NCBI GenBank assembly: GCA_046735395.1
Contig: JBJKQR010000078.1
Coordinates: 19,726-83,725 of the forward strand
Direction: 5' to 3'
Source of the DNA: Fidelibacterota bacterium
GTDB lineage: Bacteria > Fidelibacterota > Fidelibacteria > Fidelibacterales > DSDE01
DNA: 64,000 nt
Shown here in pieces: positions 29,338 through 38,788 of this stretch (positions are counted from its first letter, which is position 1; every line of letters begins with the position of its first letter). The notes under the pieces were generated by a model. The model saw only the letters and a list, made by a program, of their open reading frames with translations. It did no database searches and was not told where the DNA came from. The position numbers were made by a program, and so were the translations under genes.

Positions 29338-30322
29338 ATGATGTTAGATAATAACAAAACAGATGAAAATAAAATTGTCAGTAAGCCTGCAGTAGGTGTT
29401 TCGGCATGCCTGGCCGGACAGCGGGTACGCTATGACGGGGATATGAAAACGGACTTTTTCGTAAGCAATTTTCTAGAAAGGTATGTTCTTGTAATTCCGG
29501 TCTGTCCGGAAGTTGAATGCGGAATGCCCGTTCCCAGACCGGCGATGCATCTGGAAGAATTAAATGATTCTGTACGCATGGTGACAAATAGTTCGGCGAC
29601 AGATAAAAGTGATCAGATGTACAACTGGGTTGACAGGAAGGTTACAAATCTCCGTACCGATCAGCTTTGCGGGTTCATATTAAAATCAAAATCACCCAGT
29701 TGCGGACTGGATCATGTAAAAATCAAACGTTCCGGCGTCTGGGAGCGAAATGGGCGGGGAATCTTTGCAGGCGCAATTCAGCAGGAATTTCCCGCAATTC
29801 CAACTGTGGATGAGGTCCGATTGGGTAATCCTGAAGTGAGAAAGAATTTCATAATTAGACTGTTCACCTATTGGGAGGTTAATACGGGAGCATTATCCGG
29901 ATTTTACTGCAGTGCAGGATTTTCATAAACAGCACGAACTCCTCTTTCTGACACATTCTCCTGCAGAATACAGAGCTTTATCCCGGTTTCTTGCGGCGAA
30001 TGAAAAACATTTTGAGGACAGTCCCGAATTATATGTTGAATATGAACGGTTAATGATGGCCATTCTCAGGAAAAAACAGACAATCCCGAAGATTCTCAAA
30101 GTATTTAACAGACTACTTGGAAAGATAAAAAAGAGGATTACGGAACAGGAATTCCAGGAGCTGCAGCGGGCGGTTAAATCATTTTCAACGGAAGAATGTC
30201 CCCTGATTGTGCCGATCACATTGATCAATCACACCCTTACGGACAGGCATTATACGGAATATCAGGATCAGGTATTTCTTCGGCCGGATCCAAACGAAGT
30301 ATTTCTTTTAAATCATGTATAA
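29338..30322 (+). pseudogene. DUF523 (TudS-like)-DUF1722 (YbgA) fusion split by a +1 frameshift (or sequencing error)
   Basis: ORF 29338-29928 has SACL, CPE and KSPSCG; ORF 29912-30322 has FH..H.L...HSP and PITLINH. Removing one G from TTGGGAGG (about 29873) restores ...FTYWRLIREHYPDFTAVQDFH. Confidence 0.72.
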
Positions 30323-30384
30323 GAATTTCGGATGAGAGATGTCAGATAAATCAGGAACTGAAATAAATCAGATAGGATGGCGGG

Positions 30385-31488
30385 ATGTGGATGAGTTTGC
30401 TGGTTATTAGTTTCCTGGTCATTATTATCTACATGTATTATCTGTTATATATTTCGCAGGGAACGCGGAATCCGGGGCGGAACGACTTTACGCCGAATGT
30501 TTCTGTTCTGCTTGCATTCAGAAATGAAGAAGAAAATCTGCCGGCCTGTATCGAAAGCCTGCAGAATCTGGATTATCCCGTGGATCGTTTGGACATTCTG
30601 CTCATAGACGATGGCTCCGAAGATTCCGGACATGAGTTTGCTGTAGAATTAATCCGGAAAACCCCTCATATCCGCGTTGTGGATGTGGTATCAGATGAGA
30701 GGAATGGGGGTAAGGGGAAGATGGAAGCGCTGCGGCAGGGTATAAACCACAGCAGCGGTGAAGTAATCTTCATTACAGATGCGGATTGCCGTGTCGAAGC
30801 CTCCTGGATTCAGGGGCTGTTAAGAGGATTTGATCAGGAAACCGGCATGGTGGGGGGATTTACGGACATCGGAGCAGAATCCGCAGGTGGAATAGCCCGG
30901 CTGCAGAATACGGACATGCTGTATCTGCAGACTGTTTCGGGGTTAAATGCCCTGCGGAACAAGCCACTGACCATTCTGGGAAATAACATGGCTTTTCGTC
31001 GTACGGCCTACGAAGATGTGGGCGGGTATGAAGCGCTGCCCTTTTCCATTACGGAAGATTTTGCACTGATGGATGCCATGGACCGTCACAGCCATTGGAA
31101 GATTAAATATATTTTTCCGCATCAGGATGAAGGCGTACAGGCAGAAGCGGAAGCATCTTTCGGCGAATTCATGATCCAGCGGCTGCGGTGGGTGCGGGGT
31201 GGACTGACGGCACCTGTACGAACCTGGGCGACGATGTTGCTTTTATTTCTCATCCGTATCCTGATTCTTGTTTTGCTTCCGGCGTCATTCCTTGATATCC
31301 GTTTTAGCATTCCGGCACTTATTATTTATTCGGCTGATTTTATCTTTATACGAACGAAAGCTCCGAAGCGTGCGGGATGGAACCACGTTCTGCTGTGGGA
31401 AGTATTTTCAGCTGTTTATGCCTTTCTTTTGTTCCTGTCTATTTTATCCGGGAAAAAGGTCACATGGAAAGGACGCCGTTTCCCCTGA
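30385..31488 (+). CDS. Membrane GT2 glycosyltransferase
   Basis: FRNEE, DDGS, TDAD, TEDF and QRLRW (QxxRW) motifs; N- and C-terminal TM helices. Confidence 0.9.
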   Translation: MWMSLLVISFLVIIIYMYYLLYISQGTRNPGRNDFTPNVSVLLAFRNEEENLPACIESLQNLDYPVDRLDILLIDDGSEDSGHEFAVELIRKTPHIRVVDVVSDERNGGKGKMEALRQGINHSSGEVIFITDADCRVEASWIQGLLRGFDQETGMVGGFTDIGAESAGGIARLQNTDMLYLQTVSGLNALRNKPLTILGNNMAFRRTAYEDVGGYEALPFSITEDFALMDAMDRHSHWKIKYIFPHQDEGVQAEAEASFGEFMIQRLRWVRGGLTAPVRTWATMLLLFLIRILILVLLPASFLDIRFSIPALIIYSADFIFIRTKAPKRAGWNHVLLWEVFSAVYAFLLFLSILSGKKVTWKGRRFP

Positions 31489-31671
31489 TCTGTTGCACCC
31501 CGTATTTGTATAATTTCCCCGAGGCCCAAAAGCCTGCTTGAACATCATGGTTAAAAATGACTAACTTTCGGTCAGGATTGAGCGGATGAGAAAGACAGGA
31601 AATTCCGATCACATCATTTCCGCAAACAAAACCGCGCTAAAATTGGGAAAAATTGATATGAAAGGAGAATT

Positions 31672-32910
31672 ATGAAATTGAATACATATTCCCTCGGAAT
31701 GGGTGACCGCTTCGGCCATGAGGCGGATGCCCAGCTCGAAGTAGTCAGAAAAGCATCGGAACTCGGTGTGGACATTACGCCCGTCTGGAATAAATCCCAT
31801 CGGGAACACACTCTGATCGGATCATCACCCGAGAACACACGTCTCGCGGCAGAAAAAGCCGTGAAACAGGCGGGATGGGCCGCTCCATGGTTTGTGGATG
31901 CGGATCACATTACTCTGAAGACAGTGCCCTTTTTCATTGAATCCTGCAATTTCTTCACGATTGATGTTGCTGATTATATCGGGCAGGCTGCTGCTGCTGA
32001 TCATATTGATGCCTATCTAAGCGCAGCTGCATCCGGATTGAAGAGTGTTCCGGTTGATCTGTGGGCCGGCGGCCCCGTGGCGGATGAAAATTTGCGTCAA
32101 ATTGCAGAAAAATATCTCCTGGCGGTGGAGAAGGCGGCAGAAGTGTACCGATATATCGTTGATCACCGCAGCGATAATCCCGTTATTGAAGTGTCCATGG
32201 ATGAAACGGATATCCCTCAGTCCCCCGAGGAACTCTATTTCATTCTGGATATGATATCCCGGGCAGATATTCGCTGCAATACGATCGCGCCGAGATTCTC
32301 GGGATATTTTTACAAGGGTGTGAATTACGTGGGAGATACCGATCGGTTTGCGCGTGAATTTGACATGGATGTTCTGGTGATCGGCGAAGCGGTGAAACGT
32401 ATGGATCTGCCGAAGGATCTGAAACTGTCAGTCCATTCCGGCAGTGATAAGTTTTCCCTGTATCCCCTCATCCGCACTACACTCAGAGCGCGTGGGGCGG
32501 GGCTGCACCTGAAAACAGCCGGAACGACCTGGCTGGAAGAATTGATCGGCCTGGCCGAATCCGGTAAATCAGGTGCTGAACTCGTTCGCGAAATTTATGC
32601 GGAAGGCTATCAGCGGCGCGAAGAATTGTGCAAGCCCTATGCATCCGTTGTAAATATTTCCGATATGAACCTGCCTGTGCCGGAGGAGCTGCATACCTGG
32701 GATGGAAATCGAATAGCTGCAGCTCTGCGGCATGATGGCACTCATCCTGATTACAATTCTGATCTCCGGCAGCTGCTCCATGTAAGTTTTAAACTGGCTG
32801 CCGCCATGGGCGACCGTTATATTGATGCAATTGAAGAAAATCATCGGATCATTGCAAAGAACGTGACGGATAATCTGTTCGAACGTCATGTTCGGGCTTT
32901 GTTTCTCTGA
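31672..32910 (+). CDS. uxaE: Tagaturonate/fructuronate epimerase
   Basis: GMGDRF, VDADH, EVSMDET, LSVHSGSDKFS and LHLKTAGTTWLEE motifs. Confidence 0.88.
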   Translation: MKLNTYSLGMGDRFGHEADAQLEVVRKASELGVDITPVWNKSHREHTLIGSSPENTRLAAEKAVKQAGWAAPWFVDADHITLKTVPFFIESCNFFTIDVADYIGQAAAADHIDAYLSAAASGLKSVPVDLWAGGPVADENLRQIAEKYLLAVEKAAEVYRYIVDHRSDNPVIEVSMDETDIPQSPEELYFILDMISRADIRCNTIAPRFSGYFYKGVNYVGDTDRFAREFDMDVLVIGEAVKRMDLPKDLKLSVHSGSDKFSLYPLIRTTLRARGAGLHLKTAGTTWLEELIGLAESGKSGAELVREIYAEGYQRREELCKPYASVVNISDMNLPVPEELHTWDGNRIAAALRHDGTHPDYNSDLRQLLHVSFKLAAAMGDRYIDAIEENHRIIAKNVTDNLFERHVRALFL

Positions 32911-32932
32911 GATAATAAAACAGCTACATAAA

Positions 32933-32963
32933 AAAAAACCGGCGATGAGTTCGCCGGTTTTTT
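32933..32963. terminator. Bidirectional intrinsic terminator
   Basis: AAAAAACCGGCGA-TGAGT-TCGCCGGTTTTTT between convergent genes. Confidence 0.88.
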
Positions 32964-32979
32964 CATTATGTCAGATAAA

Positions 32980-35900
32980 TTATTCGCTGATGGGTTCGAG
33001 AACGGGTTCGGCGATTTCCTCAATCACAGGCTGGGGAAGCGGTTCCTTCAGAATGCGGAGAATGCCTTTCATCAGATCCTGTCTCTGCTGCCGGGACGGA
33101 ATGGATTCGAAGGGTACTGAAAAGGAGACTGCTGAATAATCGGCTGTCTTCGCTGCAATGCCGCATCCGAATTGATTTTCGCTGAATCTCAGGATGACCC
33201 GGGCGGTTGAGTCCGCGGTACCGATCTCATCGGGGGATTCAACCTTGTAGAGGTCGGCACGGAAATCGGCATTGTAGGCCAGGTTCTCTTCGTAGGGGCA
33301 GAGCAGAGTATCATTGGAAAAAATTCCGGGTGTTGTGGAGGCCTGGGTCCGAAGCAGTTTGATTTTAAGGAAATCGCGGGCAAAATCGCGTCCGCAGGTA
33401 TCTTCGGCAGCACCGTATAAATATGGATCCGAAGCAATGTATGCACCGGATACGAACAGCATTTTTCCATTACTCAGGGCATTCTCCAGCCAATGGCTCA
33501 ATCCGGGCGTGAATAATGTAAAACGGCTGCCCAATGATTTTTCCATGGAGGATGCCGGCCGGGGTGTCGTCTTCTCTTCACCGCCGATCACATCGATCAT
33601 GCTGTAGCTGTCAGCCGAAACCAGGCTGTCCTCGATACATTCGTCACTGACCGTGACAAACGCGTACCCTGCGGATCTCAGCGCATCTCCGTGGATGACA
33701 GGGTAATCAAACCTGTTTCCGGCGATGGCTGTAGTTTCATATTTCGAGAAACTTCCACCGAATCCGCTCATATCGTTTGTTTTCCATGAGGATTTCGGAT
33801 CGAAGTCGTACTGAACTCCGGTGAAGCTGTAGTCGGTCATGTAGGGCACGCCTTCGTCGCGCAGATTCACGAAACCGGCATATTCCTTGCGGTTTACCCA
33901 ATCGGGGGCGGAAATGCGGTCAAAGGCGGAAATGATGAGAGCCGTATCCTGCATCGCGTTACCACGGCAGGCGGATACAACTTCAGAGGGAAAGCTCTCT
34001 CCGCCGGCATTGACGGCAATAACCTTGAAACTGTAAATCGTTCCCGGTTTTGCCTGCCGAAGCAGGTATTCATTTCCGGTGACGAGTGTACCTTCGTCGA
34101 ATTCACCATTTTCGAACCGAGTATAGACTAAGTACCGATCCGGTACCGCTGTCGGTTCCAGCGCATCGTTTACAGCCCTCCAGGCCAGTCGGATCCCACC
34201 CTCTTCCGTAAGTTCGGTGGAGAGATGATCCACTGGGAGCGGCTGGACGACATAGGGGACCTTGTTCTGAAAACTGAGGAAGCGCAGCATGCTCTTATAG
34301 ATGGCGCGGGAAACATCAAAACGGAATTGGGGATCCAGTCCGAATTTCATATCCTGAAAATTCTGGTGGCTCAGCAGTTCGAGGATCATAGCCGGGGTAT
34401 TGGGCCGGCTGGATTCACTGTAGTAGGAATTCATGAGGGAGCGGCGGGGCCATTTGGGATCCCAGTTCTGTCGCAGATCCTCGACGATCTGTGTCTGAAG
34501 CAGATCCGCATAGTCGCGGGCCATGATGCGAGGCCGTCCGTCCGGGTAGTTGAGCGTCGTATCCATTCCCATATTATTATAGATAGCCAGGGTCCCGATT
34601 TCTGATTCATCATGGGTGATACCGGCATCGGTATGAAAGGCCAGGCTCAGATCTACCGGAACGTGAAGCCCTTCGTTTTCGGGCAGACCATTTTTCGGTG
34701 CGTCTGGGCCGCCGATGAGATAATTCACCCATTCACCGCGGCATTTGTAATCGTCATTATAATCGAGTGTGTCCGCATGAAAACTGTAAACGAGCGTATC
34801 CGGCATACCGGCATACTGGAGCCAGTAGCGTGATGCTTCATAAAAACGGGATCGTCTGGATACTTTTCCGTCACGGTAGACATTACCCATACCGCCGCCG
34901 AAACGTACGGCATCGGCAGAGATTCTCCGCTGACTGTCGTCTGCAGCATTGGACAGGATAACCTGTCGTTCGGAAACGGGGCTGTCCTTTTTAAAATCAA
35001 AGGTTCCGAGGTAAATCCAGGTTCCGCCTCCCATGGTCTGATTCACTAAGTAGTGGCTGTCACCGCCGGCATGGGCCACCGTGTACCGGGCATTGCGCAC
35101 ATTCAGGCTGTCTTGATGGTAGCTTACATAGACGGCATAAGCGCCGTCCTCAGGAATATCGGCGGTCCATTCCACGTGTCCGCTTTCTTCCGGAACGGCT
35201 GCAAAACTCACAGCTGTACCAAGTTTGAAGGGGTTTTCGCTATCCAGACGGCCCAGCGCCCGGAAACCAGGCAGGCTGTCCGTTTCAGTTGTCAGATTTA
35301 CGATGCGATACCGTCCGTCCTGTTTCGGTGTGTCATTATCAACGACACATTCGTGAATCTGCGGATCCCGTTCCCGCGGAAGCAGAACCACCGCGCCGGC
35401 GTTTTCCAGCATGGGAACCAGGAAGGGAACTGAAAAGGACAGGGGAAACAGATCTTCAGCCGTCTGCCAGAGACGGGGGCGTTCCCATTCCCAGCGGTCC
35501 TGTAAATTGTTGTAATACCATCCGTGGCTGTGCCACAACGCAATGTGCCGGTTCTGCAGGCCGTCCGCAATGGTAAAGGGCTTATCAATATTCCGGACCA
35601 GGGGATAGGGGCTGCCGCTGGCAGGCAATGAGGCCATACGCAGTGAATCGATGGGGAATTCGGATCTGAAATAATTGGGAACCAGTTCGGTAATGGGGTA
35701 GTGATCAGCGAAAAGATTCACATTCCAGGATGAATATCGCCATCCGAGAGCTTTTTTCATGGCCGCATCAAACGCTTTTATATCCGCTTCACGATAGGCG
35801 CGGGATGTAAATCTGCGATTCAGATACAGCTCGGCACTGTGATGTTTCCGGTCTATACTGAGTGAATCCAGGCGACTGAAAGGAGGAACTTCGACAGCAC

Positions 35901-36075
35901 CCTTTCCTGCTTCACTGGTAACCAGATAGCGGGTTGCTTTCCGGTAAAGCTGTTTTTCCCTGTGGTTCAGAGAATTGAAATACGCTTTCTGCCGTCCGCG
36001 CATGGGCATGCTGGAACAGGAAATCAAAGTCAGAAAGGTGAGCAGGGCGAGTGCCCCAAATACAGTTTTTTTCAT
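32980..36075 (-). CDS. Large lipoprotein: amidase_3-like Zn domain with inserted beta-sandwich, plus FN3
   Basis: Lipobox LISC; IALWHSHG, AEDL, LAFHTDA and ILELLSHQN; insert with GGGTWIYLGTF...ADAVRFG; FN3 W...Y...YSFKVIAVNAGGES. Confidence 0.75.
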   Translation of the reverse strand: MKKTVFGALALLTFLTLISCSSMPMRGRQKAYFNSLNHREKQLYRKATRYLVTSEAGKGAVEVPPFSRLDSLSIDRKHHSAELYLNRRFTSRAYREADIKAFDAAMKKALGWRYSSWNVNLFADHYPITELVPNYFRSEFPIDSLRMASLPASGSPYPLVRNIDKPFTIADGLQNRHIALWHSHGWYYNNLQDRWEWERPRLWQTAEDLFPLSFSVPFLVPMLENAGAVVLLPRERDPQIHECVVDNDTPKQDGRYRIVNLTTETDSLPGFRALGRLDSENPFKLGTAVSFAAVPEESGHVEWTADIPEDGAYAVYVSYHQDSLNVRNARYTVAHAGGDSHYLVNQTMGGGTWIYLGTFDFKKDSPVSERQVILSNAADDSQRRISADAVRFGGGMGNVYRDGKVSRRSRFYEASRYWLQYAGMPDTLVYSFHADTLDYNDDYKCRGEWVNYLIGGPDAPKNGLPENEGLHVPVDLSLAFHTDAGITHDESEIGTLAIYNNMGMDTTLNYPDGRPRIMARDYADLLQTQIVEDLRQNWDPKWPRRSLMNSYYSESSRPNTPAMILELLSHQNFQDMKFGLDPQFRFDVSRAIYKSMLRFLSFQNKVPYVVQPLPVDHLSTELTEEGGIRLAWRAVNDALEPTAVPDRYLVYTRFENGEFDEGTLVTGNEYLLRQAKPGTIYSFKVIAVNAGGESFPSEVVSACRGNAMQDTALIISAFDRISAPDWVNRKEYAGFVNLRDEGVPYMTDYSFTGVQYDFDPKSSWKTNDMSGFGGSFSKYETTAIAGNRFDYPVIHGDALRSAGYAFVTVSDECIEDSLVSADSYSMIDVIGGEEKTTPRPASSMEKSLGSRFTLFTPGLSHWLENALSNGKMLFVSGAYIASDPYLYGAAEDTCGRDFARDFLKIKLLRTQASTTPGIFSNDTLLCPYEENLAYNADFRADLYKVESPDEIGTADSTARVILRFSENQFGCGIAAKTADYSAVSFSVPFESIPSRQQRQDLMKGILRILKEPLPQPVIEEIAEPVLEPISE

Positions 36076-36106
36076 ATTACAGGCTCCAATTTATCTACAG
36101 GAAGGG

Positions 36107-37528
36107 TTATTTGAGATATTCGACATCCATGTGATAGGACCATTTGTTGAAATACAGATTTCCGCCTCTCCAGTCCAGTTCTCCCCGCTGAAAATCCACC
36201 GTTTCGCTGCGGAGATGGATTTTGGCCGGGAAGAAGGGCTGGCCGTAGTCATCATTGACAATGAGGCGGTAGGCATCGATGCCATTGGAATAATAATATT
36301 TCACCCGCTCATCATCAGAAGGCTGCAGGCCGAAGCTCTGATCCACAGGGACCCATCCGATTCCTTCAAAATAAACCTCGCACCAGTCGTGCAGGTTGAT
36401 ATCACCCGGGTGCAGCATCCACCCGCTCTGCCATTTTGCCGGAATTCCGTTATACCGGGCCAGAGTCATGAACAGAAGTGTCACCTGGCCGCAGTCACCC
36501 TTGTGGTTTGCAATGCAGTACTCGGGAATATTTTCAATGGTGCTGTATTCACGGGCAGAGGCCCAGGGATAATTCTCAGAAATGTAACTGAAAATTTTGC
36601 GAACGATGAGATAGGGATTTTTTTCGTTTCCCACCACTTTTTCTGAGATTTTGCGAATATCATCGCTGAACTGAATGTGCTGGCGCTCGCCGGTGAATTC
36701 CTTGTAGAGAGCGCTGCGCTTATCGTAGGGCCGGATCATATCCGGTTTCAGATCGTACCATTGCGCCCGTGTCTCAATCTGAAGCGTGATGCTGAATTCC
36801 GTCTTTTTACCCGCTTCCGCTGCTTTCTGCATATAGATGCTTCTCTGCGCGTAACTGTCGGGAGCGATGACATAGTTTTCTTCACTGCAGTTCAGAAGTT
36901 CAACCCCGGTCTGCCGGGCATGGCTTTCCTTCGGAAAGGGCAGCCAGGCGGATACCATTTCACCGGCCGGGATGGCATCTGCATCCAGACTTACCGTGTA
37001 ATGGAGTTTCATTTTCGTGACCGGTCCGAAAACATCAGCGCTGCGCTCAATTTTATTGACCGTTTCCGGCAGGTAGCCATTAAGGAAATTCTGCAGTACA
37101 TTCTTGCCCGGGCCATCTACCGAGATTTTGACTTCCCCGGCCTCCTTGTTTATTCTGAACAGATTCGGGCCGGCATTATTGAAATACCTCTTCCGGCCGT
37201 CAATGACCATGCATTCCAGCGAGTTACTGTCTTCCCAGTCACGAAGCTGATCACTGTCCAGATCGGGGTAATAGGGTTTCAGATACCGGTACATATCGTC
37301 TTCCGTCTTGCCGAAATCCAGGCGGATGCGGTTCATGACGCATTTTTTGTCTTCCAGATACTGGCGGTCTTTCTGGCTCAGATCCTGCTTCTGCAACATG
37401 ACATCGATCTGTTTTTCCGCCTTTTCGAAATTTCCCCGACGGAATTCCTTCTCAATGTGCTGAAAATATTCCTGTCCGTACAGCATTGCAGCTCCCGCAA
37501 TTAACAGTGTTAATACTATTTTTTTCAT
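36107..37528 (-). CDS. Exported transglutaminase-like protein
   Basis: Signal peptide; catalytic GDCGQ, LHDWCEVY and WVPVD (Cys-His-Asp). Confidence 0.87.
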   Translation of the reverse strand: MKKIVLTLLIAGAAMLYGQEYFQHIEKEFRRGNFEKAEKQIDVMLQKQDLSQKDRQYLEDKKCVMNRIRLDFGKTEDDMYRYLKPYYPDLDSDQLRDWEDSNSLECMVIDGRKRYFNNAGPNLFRINKEAGEVKISVDGPGKNVLQNFLNGYLPETVNKIERSADVFGPVTKMKLHYTVSLDADAIPAGEMVSAWLPFPKESHARQTGVELLNCSEENYVIAPDSYAQRSIYMQKAAEAGKKTEFSITLQIETRAQWYDLKPDMIRPYDKRSALYKEFTGERQHIQFSDDIRKISEKVVGNEKNPYLIVRKIFSYISENYPWASAREYSTIENIPEYCIANHKGDCGQVTLLFMTLARYNGIPAKWQSGWMLHPGDINLHDWCEVYFEGIGWVPVDQSFGLQPSDDERVKYYYSNGIDAYRLIVNDDYGQPFFPAKIHLRSETVDFQRGELDWRGGNLYFNKWSYHMDVEYLK

Positions 37529-37543
37529 AATCTGTTCACTTTT

Positions 37544-38722
37544 TTAAAATAGGGTAATATTTGACAGCGCCATATTTACATCGTCCCCTTCGAGCGGAAG
37601 GATGGCCTTGCCGTACAGAAAACTGTCATGCCGGTGTTTGGAATATTCCGGATCCTCCGGATTGAGGCTCTGGATGTGAATGTACGAGGATTCATGAATA
37701 AATTTTGAATTGCCGATATAGATAGCGACGTGCGTGACCCGTTCCTTGTGCTTTTCACTGGCTTTGGAACCGAAGAAAAGGAGATCCCCGGGCTGCAGGC
37801 CTGAAAGATCATTCACATCGCTAGTGATGGTCCGGCCTTTGAGAACCTGCTGTGAAGCGTCACGGGGAAGCAGGACACCGTTTTCGAAATATACCGTGCT
37901 GGAAAATCCGCTGCAGTCGAGCGCCTTGGCAGAGGTTCCGCCCCACATGTAGGGTACGCTGAAGAAGCGGTAAGCTGTTTCTATGATGTGCTGCCGGTCC
38001 GGCTTTACCGATGCCTGCCAGGCTTTGAAGTCACGGCAGTCTGATGATCTCACGTAGGCCTGGCGTCCGTCAGGATATTCCACCTGCGTCCAGGAGCCGC
38101 TTACTGATACTTTTTTCAGGATATTATGGAGGACCAGGTCGGATACGTGACGGGATTTGTCATTGGCCTCGGCAAAACTGTGGCCGTATTCCCGGGTGAA
38201 AATGACTTTGTCCGCATCGTGCCAGGCTTTGCTCTCCTCTGCGTTCATTTCCGTGAACTGGCCGCTGTCCATCCAGCCCAGATAGCCGTTGGGAGTCTGC
38301 ACATAGTACCAGTAACGTTTGTGTTTATATAATTTCAGAGGATGGCCCAGAAGTCCCTGGGTTACCAGTTCGGCCGAATTTTTCGGTTCACCTCTTAAAT
38401 TGCATGCTGAAACATTGACGACGGCGTACACATCTTCACCCATATCCGCAGCCGGGAGCAGCTGAATGGAATCCGCGTACGTCAGTCCCCGTTCCTGACA
38501 GAACTGTTCCAGCTCTTCCCTGACTCCGGGAAGGTTGGTCTCTCCGGTCAGTGTAAGCGTTTTTCCTTTTTGTAATACATCAATATCATAAACGGCCACT
38601 CTGCGGTCAGGTGCATGTTTTGATTTCAGATTATCAATCTCCGTCCGGACACTGTCGCGGTCCCGAACTCCACAGCCAAATGCCATGAAGACAACGAAGA
38701 CGGTCAGAATATACTTTTTCAT
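37544..38722 (-). CDS. SH3b-NlpC/P60 lipoprotein (YkfC/dipeptidyl-peptidase VI-like)
   Basis: Lipobox AFGC; two SH3-like repeats; PYMWGG, DCSG, LPRDASQQ and HVAIY...IH. Confidence 0.9.
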   Translation of the reverse strand: MKKYILTVFVVFMAFGCGVRDRDSVRTEIDNLKSKHAPDRRVAVYDIDVLQKGKTLTLTGETNLPGVREELEQFCQERGLTYADSIQLLPAADMGEDVYAVVNVSACNLRGEPKNSAELVTQGLLGHPLKLYKHKRYWYYVQTPNGYLGWMDSGQFTEMNAEESKAWHDADKVIFTREYGHSFAEANDKSRHVSDLVLHNILKKVSVSGSWTQVEYPDGRQAYVRSSDCRDFKAWQASVKPDRQHIIETAYRFFSVPYMWGGTSAKALDCSGFSSTVYFENGVLLPRDASQQVLKGRTITSDVNDLSGLQPGDLLFFGSKASEKHKERVTHVAIYIGNSKFIHESSYIHIQSLNPEDPEYSKHRHDSFLYGKAILPLEGDDVNMALSNITLF

Positions 38723-38788
38723 AACTCTCCAATACTTATTTTATCGCCTAAATTATTGAATGCTAAGCAGGATAACAAGAAAATTAAC

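Noticed and set aside
17357..30322. Lower-GC block as a prophage or mobile element
   Set aside because: No mobility or phage genes and no boundary repeats; the composition fits surface-protein genes and AT-rich promoters.
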